DNA of 24,000 nt, from the NCBI GenBank assembly GCA_038045945.1, contig JBBSXC010000003.1:212134-236133 (forward strand). Reading direction: 5' to 3'. The stretch is from Nanobdellota archaeon. GTDB taxonomy: Archaea > Nanobdellota > Nanobdellia > Pacearchaeales > GW2011-AR1. Below the pieces are notes generated by a model. The model made no database searches. It was given only the letters and a program-made list of their open reading frames with translations, and had not been told where the DNA came from. Shown in pieces: positions 7,647 through 15,007 of this stretch. Each line of letters begins with the position of its first letter. Positions within the stretch are counted from its first letter, which is position 1. A program made the translations under genes and the position numbers.

Positions 7647-9725
7647 CTATTCAGAGATTACTTCCTTCTTTTCCGAACCCCTAACACCACTAACACCCTT
7701 CTCTTTACTAAGCTTTATCACATTATCAACGAAAGACTCAATCTTGTTCTCGTGCGATACGATGATTAGTTGTTCAGCAGAAAGTTCGTTAAGAACGTCA
7801 CGCATCTTATCAAGTTGTTGATCTGAGAAGCCATCAGTAGGTTCATCAAGAATAACAAGATTCTTAGTTTTAAGATCAGAAAGCATAGAATTAATAGTTT
7901 TGTTAAGAGCTAAACGATAAGCTAGAGCAATAGCAGTCCTTTCACCACCAGAAAGATGAGCGTAGTCTAATTCGTAATCATGCTGATAAACAATAGGAGT
8001 AAAATCCTCATCTAGAGAAACAGAAAAGTTTTCAGGAACTAAGATGTTAAACCATTCATTGAAAAGTTTAGAGAATTCTTCCCTCAACCTAATAAGAACG
8101 TTTCTCTCAGTAAAAGCAACAAGTTCCGAAAACTGGTTAGACAACCAGTCATAGATCTCTAAAATTTTATTAAGATTAGCCTTAGTATCTTCCTTCTTCT
8201 TAATCTCATTACTCATCTCAATAATGATCATCTTAGTGAGCTGGATCTCTTTAGCTATACCACCACGAGCCAGGTCTGCCTCTCTCTCAAGCTTTAAAGC
8301 AGCACGAAAATCCTCTTCAGTCTTAGAATAAATCAAGTCATACTTAGCTAGTTCTCTAATATGATCCTTTAACAAATCAATGTTAGATGAAAGCATATCA
8401 ACGTCTTTCAGAGCCGATTCTTTTCTTTTGTAATCATCTAAAAGCTTATTCTCCTTATCACTCATACTACTAATTCTTAACTTGTTAAGCTGAACTTGAG
8501 AGAATTGCCTCTCAATGTCTTTACGCTTACCAATAATAATACTCATGTCATTATCAAACTTCATTATTTTTTGATCACAATCCTTAATTATCAAAAGGTT
8601 CTTTTCTAAATCATCATCAAACTTCCGAAAAATATTAGTTTTGTAATTATTATCAACGTTTTGCAAACAAGTGGGACATAACTGTATTTGCATAATTCTC
8701 TCCTTCAAAGAATTAATCTCCATATTCCTAGCCTTCAACGACTTACTCTTAACAATATAATCAAAATTTTCTTTCTTCTTATCATCCTCAAGAATTTCCA
8801 AATCTTTCTTTTCAAGTTCCAAATTCTTAATTAGTTCATCAGAAAAAGATAAACCCTTAATATCACTAATTTCTTTATTAAGAATAGTTATTTCCTTATC
8901 CATATTAGTAACAAGTTCCTTCTTACCTAAAACAGCAACTTTTATTTTCTCAATTTCTTGCTCTAACTTCTTTTTTTCATCAATCTTTGTTTTAGTCGCA
9001 GATAATTCCATCTCAATAGTCTTTCTAGCAAGAATGAAAGTTTCTAACTCCACTTGCGAATCAACAAAGTTCTTTTCTAAAACTTTCAAGACTTGCTTTC
9101 TCTCATCTAATTGTTGTTTCTTATCATCTAAATCCCTAATTACCCCTTCCTTATTCCTTATGTCTTCCCTAAGATAAGTTGATAATAAAGAAACATTCTC
9201 CTTAATATTTTTGTACTTGTTAACACCAAAAACGTGCCTTATCGCATTAAGTCTAGTTTGAGAATCCTCTAAAATTATTTGTTTCATTTCCTCCTGAGGA
9301 GTATAAACAGTGAATTTGTAAAGGAGGTTAGTCTTCTTTGCGAACTCAATAGGATAATTTAACAATTTTAGTATCCTGTTCTTTAATTCAGAAGTTGCTA
9401 CTTCTTCTCTCAAACCACCCATAGTTATGAAGGCCTCTTCTTGACTGATAGTCTTACTACCCCTCTCTAAGCCACGCTCAATTATTATTTCTTTACCATC
9501 AATATCGAGTTCCAAACGAACACTGCCAAAATCCTTACCAAAACGAAGAAGCGATGAACCTCTCTGACCTGGTTGTAAACCAAAAAGTGCGAACTCTATT
9601 GATAAAAGAATCGTGGTTTTCCCAGAGCCTATATCACCAGACAACAATAACGATCCTTTAGGAAAATCAATAGTTATTGATTCGTAACTTCTAATATTTT
9701 CTAAACTAAGCCTCTTGATAAACAT
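7647..9725 (-). CDS. rad50: Rad50 DNA double-strand break repair ATPase (compact, 692 aa)
   Basis: Walker A GDIGSGKTT, long Lys/Glu-rich coiled coil, zinc hook CPTC (QLCPTCLQ), signature LSGGERTA, Walker B LVILDEPT, H-loop IIVSHE. The track start at 9776 is a TTG; I use the ATG at 9725 (MFIKRLSLENIRSY), which overlaps the mre11 end by 20 nt. Confidence 0.9.
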   Translation of the reverse strand: MFIKRLSLENIRSYESITIDFPKGSLLLSGDIGSGKTTILLSIEFALFGLQPGQRGSSLLRFGKDFGSVRLELDIDGKEIIIERGLERGSKTISQEEAFITMGGLREEVATSELKNRILKLLNYPIEFAKKTNLLYKFTVYTPQEEMKQIILEDSQTRLNAIRHVFGVNKYKNIKENVSLLSTYLREDIRNKEGVIRDLDDKKQQLDERKQVLKVLEKNFVDSQVELETFILARKTIEMELSATKTKIDEKKKLEQEIEKIKVAVLGKKELVTNMDKEITILNKEISDIKGLSFSDELIKNLELEKKDLEILEDDKKKENFDYIVKSKSLKARNMEINSLKERIMQIQLCPTCLQNVDNNYKTNIFRKFDDDLEKNLLIIKDCDQKIMKFDNDMSIIIGKRKDIERQFSQVQLNKLRISSMSDKENKLLDDYKRKESALKDVDMLSSNIDLLKDHIRELAKYDLIYSKTEEDFRAALKLEREADLARGGIAKEIQLTKMIIIEMSNEIKKKEDTKANLNKILEIYDWLSNQFSELVAFTERNVLIRLREEFSKLFNEWFNILVPENFSVSLDEDFTPIVYQHDYELDYAHLSGGERTAIALAYRLALNKTINSMLSDLKTKNLVILDEPTDGFSDQQLDKMRDVLNELSAEQLIIVSHENKIESFVDNVIKLSKEKGVSGVRGSEKKEVISE

Positions 9726-10935
9726 CTCCTGACAAAACCTCCTTACTTCTTGATATGATACCTTGAGATTCCTCAAGACCTAAAACTCTTTTAGCCTCTG
9801 AAAGAATCCTCTCAGTGAACAATATTGACTTTTCATCTTCTTTCTTCTCAAATGATAATATGTGCATTAGAGGCTCTACAAACTTGTTCATGTCAGACTT
9901 GTTATCAAGAACGTACTTCTTGATTATATCCTCTTCCATATTAGGCAAAGCGTGATAACCATCAATTTTTATCTCCGAATCCTCCCTGACTAATTTTGAC
10001 GTACTCTTAAGAAAACAATAAGCTCCCTTCCCAGAAACAAAACTACCAATTTTTAAAAAATCAATATTATTAACGTTACCCTTCTCTAGAGAACCATACA
10101 ACCTTAACAAGACTATTTTGTCACGCAGATCATGCTTCCCTAACTCAAAAAGTATTTGGTCAGTACCAACCAAAGCATTGGTGATTTTCATCTCTGCCCT
10201 AACAATTCCCTTAAGTTCTAATGCAACTTTTTTGTACTGGAATGGTAAAGTGTTTACTATGTAAAAACTCCCACCCTTTAATTCTTCAATCTCCTCAAAA
10301 TTATTAGGGAATGTTGGACCAGCATATACCATGTTGTTATACTCATAATCTATGTGCAAGTGCCCTAGAGCATAATAGTCTGCTTTTGGTAATTCTTTCT
10401 CATCAACAGAGTCTATTGGCAAACTCCCTATTGCGTCTTTTATGGATGTGTGAAGAGTTAATACTTTGAAGAATCCCGGAGAATCAATAAGTTTTATTCT
10501 CTTAACCTCAGGTATGTCAAGACCAGTCTTTTTCCCAGGATAACCATACAGCGCTACGTTTCCAATAATAGTTGGTGTAAGGTATATGTGGTCGTCTCCC
10601 TCCCTTAATTCTTGTTTGTGAATATTAGTGCATAAACCAGCATTTTCTAAAACATCCAAAAATGTTTTCCCACTTGAAGAATAATCATGGCTTCCAGCAA
10701 TAAAGTAGCAAGGTATCTGGGAATCCTTTAGTCTTCTAAGTTCCCTAAATGTTTCTTTCAATACTTCTATTGATGGATACGGAGAATCAAACAAGTCCCC
10801 AGCTATTAAAACAAAATCTAATTTTTCTTTTATGCAAACCTCTATGGTTCTGGAAAAACAAGCCATATTCAGCGCCTGTAATTCCGGATGCCTCCAACTA
10901 CCTAAATGACAATCAGACAAGTGCGCAAACCTCAT
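9706..10935 (-). CDS. mre11: Mre11 nuclease
   Basis: Calcineurin-like phosphoesterase motifs in order: HLSDCHLG, AGDLFD, AGSHD, LTLHTS, LGHLH. Sits immediately upstream of and overlapping rad50. Confidence 0.9.
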   Translation of the reverse strand: MRFAHLSDCHLGSWRHPELQALNMACFSRTIEVCIKEKLDFVLIAGDLFDSPYPSIEVLKETFRELRRLKDSQIPCYFIAGSHDYSSSGKTFLDVLENAGLCTNIHKQELREGDDHIYLTPTIIGNVALYGYPGKKTGLDIPEVKRIKLIDSPGFFKVLTLHTSIKDAIGSLPIDSVDEKELPKADYYALGHLHIDYEYNNMVYAGPTFPNNFEEIEELKGGSFYIVNTLPFQYKKVALELKGIVRAEMKITNALVGTDQILFELGKHDLRDKIVLLRLYGSLEKGNVNNIDFLKIGSFVSGKGAYCFLKSTSKLVREDSEIKIDGYHALPNMEEDIIKKYVLDNKSDMNKFVEPLMHILSFEKKEDEKSILFTERILSEAKRVLGLEESQGIISRSKEVLSGDVYQEA

Positions 10936-10965
10936 TTTTTATTTATTCCTCATTTTTTATTTATG
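10930..10965 (-). repeat. 18-bp tandem duplication spanning the mre11 start codon
   Basis: cctcattttttatttatt (10930-10947) is followed by cctcattttttatttatg (10948-10965), 17/18 identical. On the coding strand this reads AATAAATAAAAAATGAGG twice. Confidence 0.8.
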
Positions 10966-11032
10966 ATGTCAAAATGTTTAGACTTACATTTTGAGCATGC
11001 CGAAAACGAGCACTTTTTTAGTGATCGTTTTC

Positions 11033-11052
11033 TTGATACTAACAAGTATCAA
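11033..11052. repeat. perfect 8-bp inverted repeat (hairpin) with a 4-nt loop
   Basis: ttgatact (11033-11040), aaca, agtatcaa (11045-11052). Lies in the 176-nt spacer between the 11112 gene end and the mre11 start. Confidence 0.7.
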
Positions 11053-11067
11053 CTTAAGCTATAAACC

Positions 11068-11073
11068 AAAAAA
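11068..11073 (-). terminator. oligo-T tract, candidate terminator for the 11112-11555 gene
   Basis: A6 on the plus strand, so T6 on the minus strand, about 40 nt downstream of the stop at 11112. Archaeal intrinsic termination uses T-tracts. Confidence 0.3.
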
Positions 11074-11111
11074 GAGTTATATAAGGATTGTTGTAATGAA
11101 TTTAGTAAATT

Positions 11112-11555
11112 TCAGATTACAGCTTTCCTATCATACCCAACAACCCAAGAATCTCCAAGTATTCTCTGCATATCTACAAGATGATCTCTACTCGGACGAA
11201 TTTTATAATCATCAGAACCAAGATCAGGATTAGACACCGATAATACTCTTTTACCCTCATATTTACCAGCACCAGCAAAAACTTCTCCCCAACCCGCACC
11301 TGCGATACGGTAAGCCGATCCCGTAGGAGCAGGGACCTTATCCGTTCTACCAACATCAACCATTTCAAAACTAATTCCCAATTCTTTTAGTCCGCCCTCC
11401 AGAATTAGTCGGTGCCTCTCACCTTCACCCCTAGTCTCTGAAAAGAACATGAAGGGTTCCTCTCTTCCAGCGATAGTAGCATACACTTGAACCATTTTAT
11501 GACCAGAATAATCAGTAATTCCGCTTTGCGGAAGCCTAAGATGATCTTTAATCAT
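11112..11555 (-). CDS. hypothetical protein, 147 aa
   Basis: ATG ORF with ATTATAAA 22 nt upstream. Gly/Ala-rich core (YRIAGAGWGEVFAGAGKYEG), locally more GC-rich than its surroundings. No family assigned. Confidence 0.6.
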   Translation of the reverse strand: MIKDHLRLPQSGITDYSGHKMVQVYATIAGREEPFMFFSETRGEGERHRLILEGGLKELGISFEMVDVGRTDKVPAPTGSAYRIAGAGWGEVFAGAGKYEGKRVLSVSNPDLGSDDYKIRPSRDHLVDMQRILGDSWVVGYDRKAVI

Positions 11556-11636
11556 GACAGTTTAGCATTTTAAGAAGTTTATAATCATTATTGAAGTGAT
11601 CGACAATAATATAAATGAGTATTACGTTGATTTTTT

Positions 11637-12188
11637 ATGCTCCTTAGAAACATTCTTAACATAAACATAAGCAATTTCCTTGCTGGATTAATAGCAGCAA
11701 TATTTTATTTAACTGCAGGTTTCCTTTTAGGATTATTTGTCAATAAAGCTTTGAAAAAGCTTTCAAAACAAGCTCGTTTAGAAAAGGGTAGGTCTTATAA
11801 TTTTATTAGACTTTTCATAACAATTATAACTTGGTCAATATACATTTTATTCATCTATTTAGCCTTAGTAGAACTAAACATCCCACTATTTACAAGGTGG
11901 CTAACATCAATACTTGTCGTAATCCCGGCAGTAACAGGAGCATTAGTACTAATAGTTGTAGGATTCACAATAGCGACTTACCTAAAGAACGTAATTGAAG
12001 AAAGTAAGATTGATGGAGGAAAAATATTATCAGAAACATTATACTTCTTCGCGCTTTACGTATTCTCAGTATTCGCACTAAAAACAGCACTAATAACCAT
12101 TGATTCACAAATAGTCAATTACTTAATTCTAATACTAACAGGAATAATAGGACTAGGAATAGCTTATAGAAACGTAAGAAAAGAATAA
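11637..12188 (+). CDS. multi-pass membrane protein, 183 aa, about 5 TM helices
   Basis: ATG ORF with AATATAAA about 23 nt upstream. Five hydrophobic segments of about 20 aa. Vague resemblance to the TM-helix repeats at the N-termini of MscS-like channels, not asserted. Confidence 0.6.
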   Translation: MLLRNILNINISNFLAGLIAAIFYLTAGFLLGLFVNKALKKLSKQARLEKGRSYNFIRLFITIITWSIYILFIYLALVELNIPLFTRWLTSILVVIPAVTGALVLIVVGFTIATYLKNVIEESKIDGGKILSETLYFFALYVFSVFALKTALITIDSQIVNYLILILTGIIGLGIAYRNVRKE

Positions 12189-12202
12189 AACAAAATAATT
12201 TT

Positions 12203-12727
12203 TTATATTAATCCCCAACCTCTAAGTGTTGCCTCAACTAAGTCCTTCTTAAAAATAAACAGACCTAAAACACCAAGAACTATTAGAAGAATTAAAGTTA
12301 AGAAAATAACAAGTCCAAGACCGTGAGCTTTAGGCGTGCCAGAAACATCAGCTAACCTCTTATAATCACTAGGCGAAGAAGCAGGCTTAGGAAGAGGCTT
12401 ATAAGAAACACTTTGAGAAGAGGAGGATGAAGAAGGAAGTTGCTGATAAGCCATAGTAGCAGGAGTTTTTGGTGCTGAAGAAAGCCCAGGATTTTGAGCA
12501 GGAGTAGAAGGAGATGACTGGGGAATGCTTGGCGCTTGATAACTGCCCGAAGGAGGAGCAGGCCTAGAGTTAGCAATCGAACTACCACCAGCCATTAAAG
12601 CAGCCGCAGAATCATCAACGTCCTGAGAGGAATAACCAGCATTAATAAAACTCTTCTTAGAAAACTCTAATGAATAACCTCTTGATAGAGCTGATTTTAA
12701 ACCAGCCATTATCTCCGCTTTTTCCAT
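12203..12727 (-). CDS. Ser/Pro-rich protein with a C-terminal TM anchor, 174 aa
   Basis: The track start at 12739 is a TTG. The ATG at 12727 (MEKAEIMAGLK) has TTTTAATA 22 nt upstream. N-terminal helical region with two GYS motifs, an S/P/Q low-complexity linker, and one TM (LGLVIFLTLILLIVLGVLGLFIF) near the C-terminus. Confidence 0.55.
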   Translation of the reverse strand: MEKAEIMAGLKSALSRGYSLEFSKKSFINAGYSSQDVDDSAAALMAGGSSIANSRPAPPSGSYQAPSIPQSSPSTPAQNPGLSSAPKTPATMAYQQLPSSSSSSQSVSYKPLPKPASSPSDYKRLADVSGTPKAHGLGLVIFLTLILLIVLGVLGLFIFKKDLVEATLRGWGLI

Positions 12728-12863
12728 AACTAGTTCCAAGATTAATGATTATTAAAAGCTTGTTGTTTAAGAATTGCAAAAAATTATTATGAGAAAAACT
12801 AATAATTTGTACAACATTTATTATTCATAAACTATTTAAAGAAGTTAATGAGTTAGGAGTATT

Positions 12864-13562
12864 ATGTTCGATAATAATTGTTTGAATTGTGGATCAAAAA
12901 TAAGCAAAAAGAGTAATTTTTGCTCCGGTTGCGGTTTTGACTTAAGTAAGAATTATGACTCTAGAGATTACGGAATGTTAGGAAGAGACGATAATGGTCC
13001 ACTAGGAGAATTGCCAATGGGTTTAGGATCACTACTTGGAAATCTAATGAATGAGATGAATAAGCAAATGAGCAGAGCAATGGGAGAAAACATGAAAGGA
13101 ATGAATGAAGAAAAACAAAATAATAAAGTTAAAAGAGTTAAACAATCAGGAATAAGCATAAGCATTTCATCATCAACTAACGGTCAACCAAAAATAAGCA
13201 TAAAAAAATTCGGTGACGCAAACCTAGGATCTAGCAAAGAAGAATTCTCACAAGAAATAGAGGAAATAATACCAAGTAACAAGATGTCAGACGATAAGGC
13301 AATTAGAGTTTCTAAACTACCTAAAGAAGAAGCAAAATCAAAAGTTAGAAGAATAGGAGAAAAACTAGTTTACGAAATAGAAGTACCAGGAGTAAAAAAG
13401 CTTGATGATATAATAATTAACAAATTAGAAGAAAGTATTGAAATAAAAGCTTTCAGCGACAAAACATCATACTGGAAAAATTTACCAGTAACACTACCAA
13501 TAACAAAGTACAAGTTATCAAAAGAAGGAATACTAACAATAGAATTAACAAGCGAAGAATAA
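12864..13562 (+). CDS. zinc-ribbon protein with a Met/Asn-rich linker and a C-terminal Hsp20/alpha-crystallin-like domain
   Basis: CLNCGSKISKKSNFCSGCG at the N-terminus. Met-rich stretch LGNLMNEMNKQMSRAMGENMKGMNEE. The C-terminus YEIEVPGVKKLDDIIINKLEESIEIKA...LSKEGILTIELTS matches the sHsp pattern (PGVkkeDI ... nGvLtI). Confidence 0.55.
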   Translation: MFDNNCLNCGSKISKKSNFCSGCGFDLSKNYDSRDYGMLGRDDNGPLGELPMGLGSLLGNLMNEMNKQMSRAMGENMKGMNEEKQNNKVKRVKQSGISISISSSTNGQPKISIKKFGDANLGSSKEEFSQEIEEIIPSNKMSDDKAIRVSKLPKEEAKSKVRRIGEKLVYEIEVPGVKKLDDIIINKLEESIEIKAFSDKTSYWKNLPVTLPITKYKLSKEGILTIELTSEE

Positions 13563-13568
13563 AAAAAA

Positions 13569-14165
13569 TTATTTCTTTATTAAAGAAGAAACTTTCTGGA
13601 AAAACTCTTGATGATCCTTAACTCTTACAACACCACTAGGTAACTCTCTGTCAATATTCCAAGGCATAGTTAAAACAAAAGGAGTTATACCCTCCTCTAA
13701 ACAATGAATAGCGTTATCCAAACAGTCTTCAAGAATAAAACTAACACCTTGCTCTGCACAAACCTTACCCTTATTCAAACGCATACCATTCTTATCAAGA
13801 CCATGAACCAGCTTAATGTGTGAACCAAAATGTTTTTTTAACCAATCGTGAGACTTCTTCCAACCAGTACCAGAACGATAAGTAACAATGACTAAATCAA
13901 TACCTAAAGAGGTAAACTCTTCCAAAACCCTGATAACACCATCATAAGGAATCAAAGAATCAAAATCTGCAGAGTTGTAATAGGACTCAACAATACCCCA
14001 GGCTTCATCCTGACTTATTCCTAAAAGTTTAGCAATATTGAGAGTCTTGATATTATCATAACTAATACTAGTACCATGATTGTTATTATGAAAATCTGAA
14101 AAACCCTTCATAAAACCCGTCAGTACATCATCAAGATCTAAACAAACCTTAACCTTGTTAACCAT
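13569..14165 (-). CDS. HAD-superfamily hydrolase, 5'(3')-deoxyribonucleotidase (NT5C)-like
   Basis: The track start at 14180 is a TTG. The ATG at 14165 (MVNKVKVCLDLDDVL) has TTTATAAT 23 nt upstream. HAD motif I is DLDDVL, motif II VIVTYRS, with an acidic motif ILEDCLDNA near the C-terminus. Confidence 0.65.
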   Translation of the reverse strand: MVNKVKVCLDLDDVLTGFMKGFSDFHNNNHGTSISYDNIKTLNIAKLLGISQDEAWGIVESYYNSADFDSLIPYDGVIRVLEEFTSLGIDLVIVTYRSGTGWKKSHDWLKKHFGSHIKLVHGLDKNGMRLNKGKVCAEQGVSFILEDCLDNAIHCLEEGITPFVLTMPWNIDRELPSGVVRVKDHQEFFQKVSSLIKK

Positions 14166-14209
14166 CAAAAAATACACCAAAATTAATCATTATAAACTTA
14201 TCCATAAAG

Positions 14210-14216
14210 AAAAAAA
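14210..14216 (-). terminator. T7 tract immediately 3' of tRNA-Ile
   Basis: A7 on the plus strand, so T7 on the minus strand, directly after the discriminator base. Confidence 0.55.
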
Positions 14217-14311
14217 TGAGCCTGCGAGGATTTGAACCTCGGACCTCTGCCTCTCTGATCTCAACTTTGAAAATATCAGAGCAGCGTTCTGCCGGGCTGA
14301 ACTACAGGCTC
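14217..14311 (-). tRNA. tRNA-Ile (anticodon GAU) with a roughly 21-nt intron at the canonical 37/38 position; CCA not encoded
   Basis: Minus strand reads GAGCCTG TA GTTC AGCCCGGCA GAAC G CTGCT CTGATA[TTTTCAAAGTTGAGATCAGAG]A GGCAG AGGTC CGAGG TTCAAAT CCTCG CAGGCTC A. It has a perfect 7-bp acceptor stem, 4-bp D stem, 5-bp anticodon and T stems, a TTCAAAT T-loop, U33 and A37. Confidence 0.85.
14253..14273 (-). other. tRNA intron (bulge-helix-bulge type, boundaries +/- 1-2 nt)
   Basis: The intron 3' half ATCAGAG is complementary to exon CTCTGAT, which covers anticodon stem and loop. The intron 5' part can form a small hairpin (TTC/GAG). Confidence 0.7.
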
Positions 14312-15007
14312 ATTGTTATTATTGCTTATCAAAAACCGTTTAAAACCCTTTCTATATAACAAATATTTCTTAATATGTTTAGAATTTTTTGGGCCAATAA
14401 CTTCCATAAACCTATCAAACATCTCTTTTCCCCTTATAACAACTCTGTAAGACTGATGACGATTCCCCCTAGGTGCAGAATCTTTGTACATAGTCGCCCT
14501 TAAACCTAACTCATTAAACAAAACTCTTAATTGCTCTGCTAATTTAAGAGAAATCGTACATATTTCCATTCTTGGATACATCGATAGTTTCTTTTTAACA
14601 AAGTAGACACAGCCATCAGTATCAAATATGCCCCTAAGAACTGCCGCTTTAATTTTGTTACTTAAAAGAAATGCATCTGGAATGACTAATTCTAATTTTG
14701 GCCCTCTTCTTAAGCCTAAACTCTCTTTAAACCTAAAAAGAGCATTACTCCATATCTGAAATCCGAAAACTCTTGTGGAGGGCATTTCTCTAAGACTAAT
14801 ATCCACATTATATAAAATCTTGAATATAGGCTTAATACGGTTGATGTAATGTTCTTTATCATCTTCAATATGCCCCCTTAACTGGTAAACACATTTTTCT
14901 TTACCATCATGTTTTTCGTAATAATTCATGCTTCCATCTCCTATATGCCAACCAGTTTCTTCAGCAAGTTCAGGAGTAATAACAGAAGGAAAACTTTTTA
15001 TTTCCAT
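14276..15007 (-). CDS. double-motif LAGLIDADG homing-endonuclease-like protein, 243 aa, free-standing
   Basis: Two LAGLIDADG motifs about 105 aa apart: LAEETGWHIGDGS and AAVLRGIFDTDGC. The last 11 codons (EPVVQPGRTLL) and the TGA stop are encoded by tRNA-Ile positions 1-36. Confidence 0.8.
   Translation of the reverse strand: MEIKSFPSVITPELAEETGWHIGDGSMNYYEKHDGKEKCVYQLRGHIEDDKEHYINRIKPIFKILYNVDISLREMPSTRVFGFQIWSNALFRFKESLGLRRGPKLELVIPDAFLLSNKIKAAVLRGIFDTDGCVYFVKKKLSMYPRMEICTISLKLAEQLRVLFNELGLRATMYKDSAPRGNRHQSYRVVIRGKEMFDRFMEVIGPKNSKHIKKYLLYRKGFKRFLISNNNNEPVVQPGRTLL
14338..14352 (-). promoter_or_regulatory. BRE/TATA-like element for tRNA-Ile, embedded in the LAGLIDADG coding sequence
   Basis: Minus strand reads GAAAGGGTTTTAAAC, with 26 nt between the box and tRNA position +1. 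It resembles the GAAAGG-TTTATAAA elements seen elsewhere in the window. Confidence 0.5.

Noticed and set aside
10960-11111. C/D box sRNA in the mre11 upstream spacer (ATGATGT at 10963-10969)
   Set aside because: No CTGA D box at the appropriate distance on either strand, and no terminal stem. The C-like box overlaps the tandem duplication at the mre11 start.
10749-11368. Track ORFs 10749-10994(+), 10991-11233(+), 11174-11368(-)
   Set aside because: They overlap mre11 or the 11112-11555 gene, and 10991 begins at a TTG. The hydrophobic N-terminus of the 10991 ORF is just translated AT-rich spacer. None has a properly spaced TATA box.
11112-11555. The 147-aa protein as a Janus/PHPT1-like phosphohistidine phosphatase
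   Set aside because: Only a loose collinear resemblance from memory (ERHRLIL versus EYHADIY, and Gly-rich turns). There is no solid motif match, so it is too weak to assert without a profile search.
14217-14311. tRNA-Ile as an attachment site of an integrated element
   Set aside because: Reading by eye, I found no second copy of the tRNA 3' segment (GGTTCAAATCCTCG or its complement) elsewhere in the window. No integrase is present either. A computed repeat search would be needed for certainty.
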